From assembly GCF_009914755.1 (NCBI RefSeq), contig NC_060933.1: a DNA stretch of 64,000 nucleotides; one strand, given 5' to 3'. The notes under the pieces are model-generated. The model saw nothing but the letters and a program-made list of their open reading frames with translations, was not told the origin of the DNA and did not search any database. This DNA comes from the human T2T-CHM13v2.0 reference genome, Homo sapiens. The number at the start of each line of letters is the position of its first letter. Within the stretch, counting starts at the first letter, position 1. This document shows positions 1-15,100 of this stretch, one piece after another. Position numbers and translations under genes: made by a program.

Positions 1-3000
1 TTCTATTCCACTCGGAATGATTCCATTCCATTCCATTCGTTTCCATTCCATTCCAGTCCATTCCATTCCATTCCAGTCCACTGGGGTTGATTCCATTCCT
101 TTCCATTCCATTCGGGTTGAATCCATTCAATTCCATTCCATTACATTCCATTCCATTCCATTCCATTCCGTTCCATTCCATTGCATTCCATTCTATTCGG
201 GTGAATTCCATTCCATTCCATTCCATTCCATTCCATTCCATTCCATTCCATTCCATTGCAATCGAGTTGATTCCATTCCATTCAATTCCATTCCATTCCA
301 TTCCATTCCATTCCTGTGGTTTCCATTCCATTACACTCGGGTTGATTCCATTCTATTAGTTTCCATTCCATTCCATTCACTTCCATTCCACTCTGGTTGA
401 TTCCATTCCTTTCCATTCCACTCGAATACATTCCCTTCTATTCCACTCGGAATGATTCCATTCCATTCCATTCCATTCCATTCCATTCCGTTCCATTGCA
501 TTCCATTTCGTTCCATTCCATTCTATTCCGTACCATTCCATTCCATTCCATTCCATTCCATGCCATTCCACTCTGGTTGATTCCATTCCTTTCCATTCCA
601 TTCGGGTTAAAGCCATTCCATTCCATTCCATTCCATTCCATTCCAATCCGTTGCACTAGGGTTGAATCCATTCCATTGTATTCCATTACATTCCATTCCA
701 TTCCGTTCCATTCCATTCCATTACATTCGGATTGATTCTATTCAATTCCCTTACACTCCATTGCATTGCATTCCATTCGGGTTGTTTCCATTCCATTCCA
801 TTCCATTCCACTCCATTCCATTGCACTCGGGTTGATTCAATTCCATTCCATTCCATTCCATTCCATTCCATTCCATTCCATTCCGGATGATTCCATTCCA
901 TTGCATTCCATTCCATTCCGTTCCCCTTCACTCGGGTTGATTCCATTCCGTTCCATTCCATTCCATTCCGTTCCATTCCATTCCATTCTCTTCGGGTTAA
1001 TTCCATTCCATTCCATTCCATTCCATTCCTTTCCCTTTAATTCCACTCCATTGCAATCGAGCTGATTCCATTCCATTCCATTCCATTCCATTTAATTCCA
1101 TTCTATTCCATTCCATTCCATTCCATTCTGGATGATTCCATTCCATTGCATTCCATTCCATTAAATTCCCCTGCACTCGTGTTGATTCCATTCCATTCCA
1201 TTCCATTCCATTCCATTCCGGATGATTCCATTCCATTGCATTCCAATCCATTCTGTTCCCCTGCACTCGGGTTGATTCCATTACATTCCATTCCATTCCA
1301 TTCCGTTCCATTCCATTCCATTCTATTCTATTGGGGTTAATTCCATTCCATTCCATTTCATTGCAATCGAGTTAATTCCATTCCATTCCATTCGATTCCG
1401 GATGATTCCATTCCATTGCATTCCATGCCATTGCATTCCCCTGCACTCGGGTTGATTCCATTCCATTCCATTCCATTCCATTCCATTCCTTTCCATTCCA
1501 TTCCGCTCTTGTTGATTGCATTCTATTAGTTTCCATTCCATTCCATACCCTTCCATTCCACTCTGGTTTATTCCATTCCTTTCCATTCCACTCGAATACA
1601 TTCCCTTCTATTCCACTCGGATTGATTCCATTCCATTCCATTCCATTCCATTCCATTCCATTCCAATCCGTTCCATTCCATTCTATTCCGTACCATTCCA
1701 TTCCATTCCATTCCATTCCATGCCATTCCACTCGGGTTGATTCCATTCCATTCCATTCCATTCGGGTTGAATCCATTCCATTCCAATCCATTCCAATCCG
1801 TTGCACTAGGGTTGAATCCATTCCCTTGCATTCCATTCCATTCCATTCCATTCCATTCCATTCCTTTCCATTCCATTCCATTACATTCGGATAGATTCTA
1901 TTCAAATCCCTTTCACTCCATTGCATTCCATTCCATTCGGGTTGTTTCCATTCCATTCCATTCCATTCCACTCCATTCCATTGCACTCGGGTTGATTCAA
2001 TTGCATTCCATTCCATTCCATTCCATTCCATTCCATTCCATTCCGGATGATTCCATTCCATTGCATTCCATTCCATTCCGTTCCCCTGCAATCGAGTTGA
2101 TTCCATTACATTACATTGCATTCCATTCCGTTCCATTCCATTCCATTCCATTCTATTGGGGTTAATTCCAATCCATTCCATTCCATTACATTTTATTGCA
2201 ATCGAGTTAATTCCATTCCATTCCATTCCATTCCAGATGATTCCATTCCATTGCATTCCATTCCATTCCATTCCCCTGCACTCGGGTTGATTCCATTCCA
2301 TTCCATTCCATTCCATTCCGTTCCATTCCATTCCATTCCATTCTATTCGGGTTAATTCCATTCCATTCCATTCCATTCCATTGCAATTGCGTTGATTCCA
2401 TTCCATTCCATTCCATTCCATTCCATTCCATTCCAGTTCTTAACATTCCATTCCACTCGGGTTGAATCCATTCTATTAGTTTCCATTCCATTCCATTCCC
2501 TTCGACTCCACTGTGGTTTATTCCATTCCTTTCCTTTCCACTCGAATACATTCCCTTCTATTCCAATCGGAATGATTCCATTCCATTCCATTCCTTTCCA
2601 TTCCATTCCAGTCCATTCCATTCCATTCCATTCCACTGGGGTTGATTCCATTCCTTTCCATTCCATTCGGGTTGAATCCATTCCATTCCATTGCATTCCA
2701 TTCCATTTTTTCCATTCCACTCCATTCCATTACATTTGGATTGATTCTATTCAGTTCCCTTACACTCCATTACATTCCATTCCGTTCGGGTAGTTTCCAT
2801 TCCGTTCTATTCCATTCCACTCCTTTCCATTGCACTTGGGTTGATTCCATTCCATTCCATTCCATTCCATTCCATTCCATTCCATTCCTTTCCGGATGAT
2901 TCCATCCCATTGCATTCCATTCCATTCCATTCCCCTGCACTCGGGTTGATTCCATTCCATTCCATTCCATTCCATTCCATTCCGTTCCATTCCATTCCAT

Positions 3001-3889
3001 TCCATTCTATTCGGGTTAATTCAATTCCATTCCATTCCTTTCCATTCCATTCCATTGCAAACTAGTTGATACCATTCCATTCTGTTCAATTCCATTCCAT
3101 TCCATTCCAGTCCTTTACATTCCATTCCACTCGGGTTGATTCCATTCTATTAGTTTCCATTCCATTCCATTCCCTTCCATTCCACTTTGGTTGATTCCAT
3201 TCCTTTCCATTCCACTCGAATACATTCCCTTCTATTCCACGCGGAATGATTCCATTCCATTCCATTAAATTCGATTCCATTCCATTCCATTCCATTCCAT
3301 TCCATTCCATTACATTCTATTCCATTCCATTCCATTCAATTTCATGCAATTCAACTCGGGTCGATTCCATTCATTTCCATTTTATTCGCGTTGAATCCTT
3401 TCCATTCCGTTTCATTCCATGCTATTGCACTAGGGTTGAATCCATTCCATTGCATTCAATTGCATTCCATTCCATTCCATTGCGTTCCATTCCATTCCAT
3501 TACATTCGGATTGATTCTATTCAATTCCCTTACACTCCATTGCATTCCATTCCATTCGGGTTGTTTCCATTCCATTCCATTCCATTCCACTCCATTCCAT
3601 TGCACTTGGGTTGATCCAATTGCATTGCATTCCATTCCATTCCATTCCATTCCGTTCCATTCCGGATGATTCCATTCCATTGCATTCCATTCCATTCCAC
3701 TCCTCTGCACTCGGGTTGATTCCATTCCATTCCATTCCGTTGCATTCCATTCAATTCTATTCGGGTTAATTCCACTCCATTCCATTCCATTCTATTCCAT
3801 TCCATTCCATTGCAATTGAGCTGATTCCATTCCATTCCATTCCATTCCATTCCATTCCATTCCATTCCATTCCATTCCATTCCATTCGA

Positions 3890-6800
3890 TTCCATTCCAT
3901 TGCACTCGGGTTGATTCCATTCCATTCCATGCCATTCCATTTCATTCCATTCCATTCCGTTCCATTCCATTCCATTCCATTCAATTCAATTCCGTTCCAT
4001 TCCATTACATTACATTCGGATTGATTCTTTTTAATTCCCTTACACTCCATTACATTCCATTCCATTCGGGTACTTTCCATTCCATTCCATTCCATTCCAC
4101 TGCATTCTATTGCACTCGGGTTGATTGATTCCATTCCTTTGCATTCCATTCAATTCCATTCCATTCCGGATGATTCCATTCCATTGCATCCCATTCCATT
4201 CCATTCCCCTGCACTCGGGTTGATCCCATTCCATTGCATTCCATTCCATTCCATTCCATTCCATTGCATTCCATTCCGTTCCATTCCATTCCATTCCATT
4301 CCATTCTGTTCAGGTTAATTCCATTCCATTCCATTCCCTTCCATTCCATTCCATTCCATTCCATTCCATTCCATTGCAATCGAGTTGATTCCATTGCATT
4401 CCATTCCATTCCATTGCATTGCATTCCATTCCATTCCATTCCCCTGTACTCAGAATGATTCCATTCCATTCCATTCCATTCCATTCCGTTCCATTCCATT
4501 CCATTCCATTTTATTCGCGTTAATTCCATTCCATTCCATTCCATTCCATTCCGTATGATTCCATTCCATTGCATTTCATTCCATTCAATTCCCCAGCACT
4601 CGGGTGGATTCCATTCTATTCCATTCCATTCCATTCCATTCCATTCCGTTCCATTCCATTCCATTATATTCGGATTGAATCTATTCAATTCCCTTACACT
4701 CCATTACCTTCCATTCCATTCGGGTTGTTTCCATTCCATTCTATTCCATTCCACTCCATTCCATTGCAATCGGGTTGATTCCATTCCATTCCATTCCATT
4801 CCATTCCGTATGATTCCATTCCATTGCATTCCATTCCAGTCCATTCCACTGCACTCGGGTGGATTCCATTCTATTCCATTCCATTCCATTCCATTGCATT
4901 CCATTCCATTCCATTCCATTCCATTCTATTCGGGTTAATTTCATTCCATTCCATTTTTTTCCATTCCATTCTATTCCGTACCATTCCATTCCATTCCATT
5001 CCATTCCATTCCATTCCATTCCATTCTATTCCATGCCATTCCACTCGGGTTAATTCCATTCCTTTCCATTAAATTCGTGTTGAATCCATTCCATTTGATT
5101 CCATTTCATTCGATTCCATTCCATTGCACTGGGGTCCATTCCATTCCATTCCATTCCATTCCATTCCATTCCATTGTACTAGGTTTGATTCCATTCCACT
5201 GCATTCCATTCCATTCCATTCCATTCCGTTCCATTCCATTCCATTACATTCGGATTGGTTGTATTCAATTCCCTTACACTCTATTTCATTCCATTCCATT
5301 CGGGTTGTTTCCATTCCATTCCATTCCATTCCACTCCATTCCATTGCACTCGGGTTCATTCCATTCCATTCCATTCCATTGCATTCCATTTCGTTCCATT
5401 CCATTCTATTCCGTACCATTCCATTCCATTCCATTCCATGCCATTCCACTCGGGTTGATTCCATTCCTTTCCATTCCATTTGGGTTGAATCCAATCCATT
5501 CCATTCCATTCCATTCCATTCCATTCCATTCCATTCCATTCTATTCCATTGCACACGGGTTGATTCCATTGTATTCCATTCCGTTCCATTCCGGATGACT
5601 CCATTCCATTGCCTTCCATTCCATTCCATTCCCCTGCACTCGGGTTGATTCCATTCCATTCCATGCCATTCCATTCCATTCCATTCCATTCCATTGAAGT
5701 CCTTTCCATTCCATTCCACTCGTGTTGATTCCATTTTATTAGTTTCCATTCCATTCCATTCCCTTCCATTCCACTCTGGTTGATTCCATTCCTTTCCATT
5801 CCACTCGAATTCATTCCCTTCTATTCCATTCGGAATGATTCCATTGCATTCCGTTCCATTCCATTCCATTCCATTCCATTTCGTTCCATTGCATTCTATT
5901 CCGTACCATTCCATTCCATTCCATTCCATGCCATTCCACTCCGGTTGATTCCATTGTTTTCCATTCCATTTTTGTTGAATCCATTCCATTCCATTCCATT
6001 CCATTCCATTCCATTCCATTCCATTCCATTGCACTAGGTTTGATTTCATTCCACTGCATTCCATTCCATTCCATTCCATTCCATTCCATTCCATTCCGTT
6101 CCATTCAATTCCATTACATTCGGATTGATTGTATTCAATTCCCTTACACTCCATTACATTCCATTCCATTCGGGTTATTTCCATTCCATTCCATTCCATT
6201 CCATTCCATTCCATTGCACTCGGGTTGATTCCATTCCATTCAATTCCATTCCATTCCATTTCGTTCCATTCCAGTCTATTCCGTACCATTCCATTCCATT
6301 CCATTCCAGTCCATTCCATTCCTTTCCGTATGATTCCATTCCATTGCATTCCATTCCATTCCATTCCCTTGCACTCGGGTGGATTCCATTCTATTCCATT
6401 CCATTCCATTCCATTCCATTCCATTCCATTCCATTCTATTCGGGTTAATTTGATTGCATTCCATTCCATTGCATTCCATTCCATTCAATTCCACTGCACT
6501 CGGGTTGATTCCATTCCATTCCATTCCATTCCATTCCATTCCATTCCATTCCATTTCATTTCGTTCCATTCCATTCTATTCCATTCCAATCCATTCCATT
6601 CCTTTCCATTTCATTTCGTTCCATTTCATTCTCTTCCGGACCATTCCATTCCATTCCATTCCATGCCATTCCACTCCGGTTGATTCCATTCCTTTCCATT
6701 CCATTCGACTTGAATCCATTCCATTCCATTCCATTCCATTCCATTCCTTTCCATTGCACACGTGTTCATTCCATTCCATTCCATTCCATTCCATTCCATT

Positions 6801-7185
6801 CCATTTCGTTCCATTCCATTCTCTTCCGTACCATTCCATTCCATTCCATTCCATTCCATTCCACTCCATTCCATGCCATTCCGCTCGGTTTTTTTCCATT
6901 CCTTTCCATTCCATTCGGGTTGAATCCATTCCATTCCATTCCATTCCATTCAATTCCATTACATTGCACTCGGGTTGATTCCATTCCATTCCATTCCATT
7001 CCATTCCATTCCATTCCATTTCGTTTCATTCCATTCTCTTCCGTACCATTCCATTCCATTCCATTCCATTCCACTCCATTCCATGCCATTCCACTCGGGT
7101 TTATTCCATTCCTTTCCATTCCATTCGGGTTGAATCCTTTCCATTCCGTTCAATTCCATTCAATTCCATTACATTGCACTCGAGT
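3890..7185 (+). repeat. Block P, copy 1 (other copies ~16960-22060, ~30455-33665, ~62845-64000 truncated)
   Basis: Shared rare landmarks in the same order: GGGTACTTTCC, GTTGATTGATTCCATTCCTTTGC (4121/17190/30681/63074), CCTGTACTCAGAATG, CCCCAGCACTCG. Matching ORF starts at 4569/17628/31124/63517. Confidence 0.88.
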
Positions 7186-7249
7186 TGATTCCATTACATT
7201 CCATTCCATTCCATTCCATTCCATTCAATTCCATTCCATTCCATTCTAT

Positions 7250-9500
7250 TCGGGTTAATTTGATTCCATTCCATTCCATTCCATTCCGTTCCATTCCATT
7301 CCATTCCATTCGGATTGATTCTATTCAATTCCCTTACACTCAATTACATTCCATTCCATTCGTGTTGTTTCCATTCCATTCCATTCCATTCCATTCCATT
7401 ACATTACATTCTATTCGGGTTAATTCCATTCAATTCCATTCCCTTCCATTCCATTCCATTGCATTCCATTCCATTCCATTCCATTATATTCGGGTTAATT
7501 CCATTCCATTCCATTCCATTTCAATCGTGTTGATTCGATTGCATTCCATTCCATTCCATTCCATTCCATTCCATTCCATTCCAGATGATTCCGTTCCATT
7601 GCTTTCCATTCCATTCCATTCCCCTGCACTCGGGTGAATTCCATTCTATTCCATTCCATTCCATTCCATTCCATTCCTTTCCATTGAAATCGAGTTGATT
7701 CCATTCCATTTCATTCCATTCCATACCATTCCATTCCATTACGTTCCATTCCGGATGATTCCATTCCAGTGCATACCATTCCATTAAATTCCCCTGCACT
7801 CGGCTTTATTCCATTCCATTCCATTCCATTCCATTCCATTCTATTCCGTACCATTCCATTCCATTCCTTTCCATTCCATTCCATGGCATTCCACTCGGGT
7901 TGATTCCATTCCCTTCCATTCCATTCGAGTTGAATCCATTCCATTCCATTCCATTCCATTCCATTCCATTCCATTGCACACGGGTTCATTCCATTCCATT
8001 CCATTCCATTCCATTCCATTCCATTCCATTCCATTCCATTCCGTTCCATTCCATTTCGTTCCCTTCCATTCTATTCCATACCATTCCATTCCATTCCATT
8101 CCATTCCATTCCATTCCATTCCGTTCCATTCTATTTCGTTCCCTTCCATTCGATTCCATACCATTCCATTCCATTCCATTCCACTCCATTCCATGCCAAT
8201 CCACTCGGGTTTATTCCATTCTATTCCATTCCACTCGGGTTGAATCCATTCCATTCCATTCCATTCCATTCAATTCCATTGCATTGCCCTCGGGTTGATT
8301 CCATTCCATTCCATTCCATTCCATTTCATTCCATTCCATTCCATTCCATTCCATTCCTTTCCATTCCATTCCATTCCATGCCATTCCACTCGGGTTGATT
8401 CCATTCGTTTGCATTCCATTCGACTTGAACCCATTCCATTCCATTCCATTCCATTCCAATCCATTGCACACGGGTCCATTCCATTCCATTCCATTCCATT
8501 CCATTCCTTTCCATTTCTTTCCATTCCATTCTATTCCGTACCATTCCATTCCATTCCATTCCATTCCATTCCATTCCATTCCATTCCATGCCATTCCACT
8601 CGGGTTTATTCAATTCCTTTCCATTCTATTTGGGTTGAATCCGTTCCTTTCCATTCCATTCCTTTCAATTCCATTCCATTGCACTCGGGTTGATTCCATT
8701 CCATTCCATGGCATTCCATTTCATTCCATTCCATTCCATTCCATTCCATTCCATTCCATTCCATTCCATTCCTTTCCATTCCATTGCAATCGAGTTGATT
8801 CCATTATATTCCATTCCATTCCATTCCAGTCTTTTCCATTCCATTCCACTCGGGTTGATTCCATTCTATTCCTTTCCATTCCATTCGATTCCATTCCATT
8901 CCACTCTGGTTGATTCCATTCCTTTTCATTGCACTCGAATACATTCCCTTCTATTCCACTCGGAATGATTCCATTCCATTCCATTAAATTCCATTCCATT
9001 CCATTCCATTCCATTCCGTTTTGTTCCTTTACATTCTATTCTGTAACATTCCACTCCATTCCATTCCATTCCATTCCATGCCATTCCTCTCGCGTTCATT
9101 CCATTCCATTCCATTGCACACGGGTTGATTCCATTCCATTCCATTCCATTCCATTCCGGATGACTCCATTCCATTGCATTCCATTCCATTCCATTCCTCT
9201 GCACTCGGTTTCATTACATTCCATTCCATTCACTTCCATTCCATTGCATTCCATTCCATTCCGTTCCATTCCATTCTATTCCGTACCATTCCATTCCATT
9301 CCATTCCACTCCATTCCATGCCATTCCACTCGGGTTGATTCCATTCCTTTCCATTCCATTCGAGTTGAATCCATTCCATTCCATTCCATTCCATTCCATT
9401 CCATTCCATTCCATTCCATTCCATTCCATTGCACACGGGTTCATTCCATTCCATTCCATTCCATTCCATTCCATTCCATTCCTTTCCATTCCATTTCGTT
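7250..9500 (+). repeat. Block R+S, repeated at ~36520-38950 (R alone also at ~24570-25230)
   Basis: Shared words TTTCAATCGTGTTGATTCG and CCAGTGCATACC occur in all three R copies. CATGCCAATCC, TTGCCCTCGGG, CCTCTCGCGTT and CTCGGTTTCATTAC are shared by the two S copies. ORF pairs 7974/37294 and 8929/38234. Confidence 0.82.
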
Positions 9501-12109
9501 CCATTCCATTCTATTCCGTACCATTCCATTCCATTCCATTCCATTCCACTCCATTCCATGCCATTCCACTCGGGTTTATTCCATTCCTTTCCATTCCATT
9601 CGGGTAAAATCCATTCCAATCCATTCCATTCCTTTCGATTCCATTACATTGCACTCCGGATGATTCCATTCCATTCCATTCCATTACATTTCATTCCATT
9701 CCATTCCATTCCATTCCATTCCATTCCATTCCATTCCATGCCATTCCACTCCGGTTGATTCCATTCCTTTCCATTCCATTCGAGTTGAACCCATTCCATT
9801 CCATTCCATTCCATTCCATTCCATTCCATTCCATTCCATTCCATTGCACACGGGTTCATTCCATTCCATTCCATTCGATTCCATTCGATTCCATTCCATT
9901 CCATTTCACTCCATTCCATTCTATTCCATGCCATTCCACTCGGGTTGATTCCATTCCTTTCCATTCCATTCGAGTTGAATCAATTCCATTCCATTCCATT
10001 CCATTCGATTCCATTCCATTGCACACGGGTTCATTCCATTCCATTCCATTCCATACCATTCCATTCCATTCCATTCCATTCCATTCCATTTCGTTCCATT
10101 CCATTCTATTCCATACCATTCCATTCCATTCCATTCCATTCCACTCCATTCCCTGCCATTCCACTCGGGTTTATTCCATTCCTTTCCATTCCATTCGGGT
10201 TGAATCCATTCCTTTCCATTCCATTCCGTTCAATTCCATTGCATTGCACTCGGGTTGATTCCATTCCATTCCATGCCATTCCATTTCATTCCGTTCCATT
10301 CCATTCCATTACATTCGGATTGAATCTTTTCAATTACCTTACACTCCATTACATTACATTCCATTCGGGTAGTTTCCATTCCATTCCATTCCATTACACT
10401 CCATTGCATTGCACTTGGGTTGATTGATTCCATTCCATTGCATTCCATTCCATTCCATTCCATTCCGGATGATTCCATTCCATTGCATTCCATTCCATTC
10501 CATTCCCCTGCACTCGGGTTGATTACATTCCATTCCATTCCATTCTGGTCCATTCCATTCCATTCCATTCCATTCCATTCCATTCCATTGCAATCGAGTT
10601 GATTCCATTGCATTCCATTCCATTCCATTCCATTGCATTCCATTGCATTCCATTCCCCTGCACTCAGGTTGATTCCGTTCCATTCCATTCCATTCCATTC
10701 CATTCCATGCCATGCCATTCCACTCGGCTTTATTCCATTCCTTTCCATTCCACTCGGGTTGATTCCATTGCTTTCCTTTCCATTTGGGTTGAATCCATTC
10801 CATTCCATTCCATTCCATTCCATTCCATTCCATTGCAGTAAGTTTGATTCCATTCCACTGCATTCCATTCCATTCCATTCCGTTCCATTCCATTGCATTA
10901 CATTCGGATTGATTCTTTTTAATTCCCTTAGACTCCATTACATTCCATTCCTTTCGGGTACTTTCCATTCCATTCCATTCCATTCCACTGCATTCTGTTG
11001 CACTCTGGTAGATTGATTCCATTCCATTGCATTCCATTCCATTCCATTCCATTCCGGATGATTCCATACCATTGCATTCCATTCCATTCCATTCCCCTGC
11101 ACTCGGGTTGATTCCATTCCATTCCATTGCATTCCATTCCGTTCCATTCCATTCCATTCCATTCAATACCGGATGATTCCATTCCATTGCCTTCCATTCC
11201 ATTCCATTCCCCTGCACTCGGGTTGATTCCATTCCATTCCATTCCATTCCATTCCATTCCATTCCATTCCATTCCATTCCATTGCATTCCATTGCAATCC
11301 AGTTGATTCCATTTCATTGCATTACATTCCACTCAATTCCCGATGATTCCATTCCATTGCCTTCCATTCCATTCCATTCCCCTGTACTCGGGTTGATTCC
11401 ATTCCATTCCATTCCATTCCATTCCATTCCATTCCATTTCGTTCCATTCCATTCTATTCCGTACAATTCCATTCCATTCCATTCCATTCCATTCCATTCC
11501 ATTCCATTCCATTCCATGCCATTCCACTCGGGTTTATTCAATTCCATTCCATTCCATTCGAGTTGAATCCATTCCATTCCATTGCATTCCATTCGATTCC
11601 ATTCCATTACACAGGGGTTCATTCCATTCCATTCCATTCCATTCCATTCCATTCCATTGCATTCCATTCCATTCCATTCCATTCCATTCGATTCCATTAC
11701 ATTGCACTCGGGATGATTCCATTCCATTCCACTCCATTCCATTCCATTTCATTCCATTCCATTCCATTGCACACGTGTTCATTCCATTCCATTCCATTCC
11801 TTTCCATTCCTTTCCATTCCATTCCATTCCATTTTGCTCCATTCCATTCTATTCCGTACCATTCCATTCCATTCCATTCCATTCCATTCCATTCCATTCC
11901 ATTCCATGCCATTCCACTCGGGTTGATTCCATTCCTTTCCATTCCATTCGGGTTGAATCCATTCCATTCCATTCCATTCCTTTCCATTCCATTGCACACG
12001 GGTTGATTCCATTCCATTGCATTCCGTTCCATTCCGGAGACTCCATTCCATTCCATTCCATTCCATTCCATTCCATTCCATTCCGTTCAATTCCATTCCA
12101 TTCCATTCT

Positions 12110-15100
12110 ATTCGGGTTAATTCCATTCCATTCCATTCCATTCCATTCCATTCCATTCCATTCCATAGCAATCGAGTTGATTCCATTCCATTCCATTCCA
12201 TTCCGGATGATTCCGTTCCATTGCCTTCCATTCCATTCCATTCCCCTGCACCCGGGTTGATTCCATTCCATTCCATTCCATTCCATTCCATTCCTTTCCA
12301 TTCCATTCCATTCCATTCCCTTCCATTCCTTTCCATTCTATTCGTGTTAATAACATTCCATTTCATTCCATTCCATTCCGGATGATTCCGTTCCATTGCC
12401 TTCCATTCCATTCCATTCCCCTGCACGCGGGTTGATTCCATTCCATTCCATTCCATTCCATTCCTTTCCATTCCATTCCGTTCCATTCCCTTCCATTCCT
12501 TTCCATTCTATTCGTGTTAATAACATTCCATTCCATTCCATTCCGTTTCATTGCAATCGAGTTGATTCCATTCCATTCCATTCCATTCCATTCCATTCCA
12601 TTCCATTCCATTCCATTGCATTCCATTCCATTCCATTCCATTGCATTCCACTCGTTTTGATCCAATTGCTTTACATTCCATTCGGGTTGAAGCCATTCCA
12701 TTCCATTCCATTCCTTTCGATTCAATTCCATTGCACTCGGGTTGATCCCATTCCATTGCATTCCATTCCATTCCATTGCATTCCATTCCGTTCCATTCCA
12801 TTCCATTAAATTCGGATTGATTCTATTCAATTCCCTTACACTCCATTCCATTCCATTCCATTCGGGTTGTTTCCATTCCATTCCATTCCATTCCATTGCA
12901 CTAGGGTTGATTCCATTGTATTAAATTCCATTCCATTCCATTTCGTTCCATTCCATTCTATTCCGTAACATTCCATTCCATTCCATACATTCCATTCCAT
13001 GCCTTTCCAGTCGGGTTGATTCCATGCCTTTCCATTCCATTGGTGTTGAATCCATTCCATTCCATTCCATTCCATTCCATTCTGTATGATTCCATTCCAT
13101 TGCATTCCATTCCATTCCATACCCCTGCACTCGGGTGGATTCCATTCTATTCCATTGCATTCCATTCCATTCCATTCCATTCCATTCCATTGCAATCGAG
13201 TTGATTGCATTCCATTCCATTCCATTCCATTTCGTTCCATTCCATTCTATTCCGTACCATTCCATTCCATTCCATTCCATTCCATTCCATTCCATTCCAT
13301 TCCATGCCATTCCACTCGGGTTGATTCCATTCCTTTCCATTCCATTCGAGTTGAATCCATTCCATTCCATTCCATTCCATTCGATTCCATTCCATTGCAC
13401 ACGGGTTCATTCCATTCCATTCCATTCCATTCCATTCCATTCCATTCCATTTCGTTCCATTCCATTCTATTCTGTACCATTCTATTCCATTCCATTCCAC
13501 TCCATTCCATGCCATTCCACTCGGATTTATTCCATTCCTTTTCATTCCATTCGGGTTGAATCCATTCCATTCCATTCCATTCCCTTCGATTCCATTACAT
13601 TGCACTCGGGATGATTCCATTCCATTCCACTCCATTCCATTCCATTTCATTCCATTCCATTCCATTGCACACGGGTTCATTCCATGCCATTCTATTCCAT
13701 TCCATTCCATTCCATTCCATTCCATTCCATTTTGCTCCATTCCATTCTATTCCGTACCATTCCATTGCATTCCATTCCATTCCATTCCATTCCATTCCAT
13801 GCCATTCCACTCGGGTTGATTCCATTCCTTTCCATTCCATTCGGGTTGAATCCATTCCATTCCATTCCATTCCTTTCCATTCCATTGCACACGGGTTGAT
13901 TCCATTCCATTCCATTCCGTTCCATTCCGGAGACTCCATTCCATTGCATTCAATTCCATTCCATTCCCCTGCACTCGGGTTCATTCCATTCCATTCCATT
14001 TCATTCCATTCCATTCCATTCCATTCCATTCCATTCCATTCCTTTCTATTCCATTCCATTACATTCGGATTGATTCTTTTTAATTCCCTTACACTCCATT
14101 ACATTCCATTCCATTCGGGAAGTTTCCATTTCATTCCATTCCATTCCATTCCATTCTATTCCATACCATTCCATTCCATTCCACTCAATTCCACTCCATT
14201 CCATGCCATTGCACTCGGGTTGATTCCATTCCTTTCTATTCCATTCGGGTTGAAGCCATTCCATTCCATTCCATTCCTTTCGATTCCATTCCATTGCACT
14301 CGGGTTGATCCCATTCCATTGCATTCCATTCCATTCCATTACATTCCATTCCGTTCCATTCCATTCTATTACATTCGGATTGATTCTATTCAATTCCCTT
14401 ACACTCCATTACATTCTATTCCATTCGGGTTGTTTCCTTTCCATTCCATTCCATTCCATTCCATTCCATTCCCCTGCACTCGGGTTGTTTACATTCCATT
14501 CCATTCCATTTCCATTCCGTTCCATTCCATTCCATTCCATTCTGTTCAGGTTAATTCCATTCCATTCCATTCCCTTCCATTTCATTCCATTCCATTGCAT
14601 TCCGTTACAATCGTGTTGATTCCATTCCATTCCATTCCATTGCATTCCATTCCATTCCATTCCCCTGCACTCAGGTTGATTCCATTCCATTCCATTCCAT
14701 TCCATTCCATTCCGTTCCGTTCCATTCCACTCCATTCCATTCTATTCGCATTAATTCCATTCCATTCCATTCCATTACATTCCACTGCAATTGAGTTGAT
14801 TCCATTGCATTCCATTCCATTCCATTCCATTTCGTTCCATTCCATTCTATAACGTACCATTCCATTCCATTCCATTCCGTTACAATCCATGCCATTCCAC
14901 TCGTGTTGATTCCATTCCTTTCCATTCCTTTCGAGTTGAATGCATTCCATTCCATTCCATTCCATTCCATTCCATTCCATTGCACACGGGTTCATTCCAT
15001 TCCATTCCATTCCATTCCATTCCATTCCATTCCATTCCATTCCCTTGCACTATGTTTGATTCCATTCCACTGCATTCCATTCCATTCCATTCCATTCCAT

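Noticed and set aside
449-459. GGAATGATTCC and GAATTC words as heat-shock elements or hairpins
   Set aside because: GAA-TTC spacing is 3 or 0 rather than the required 2, and the stems are too short to be meaningful.
6441-6456. GGGTTAATTTGATT as a DUX4/homeodomain site
   Set aside because: It does not match the DUX4 TAAYYYAATCA consensus, and a short AT-rich resemblance is uninformative.
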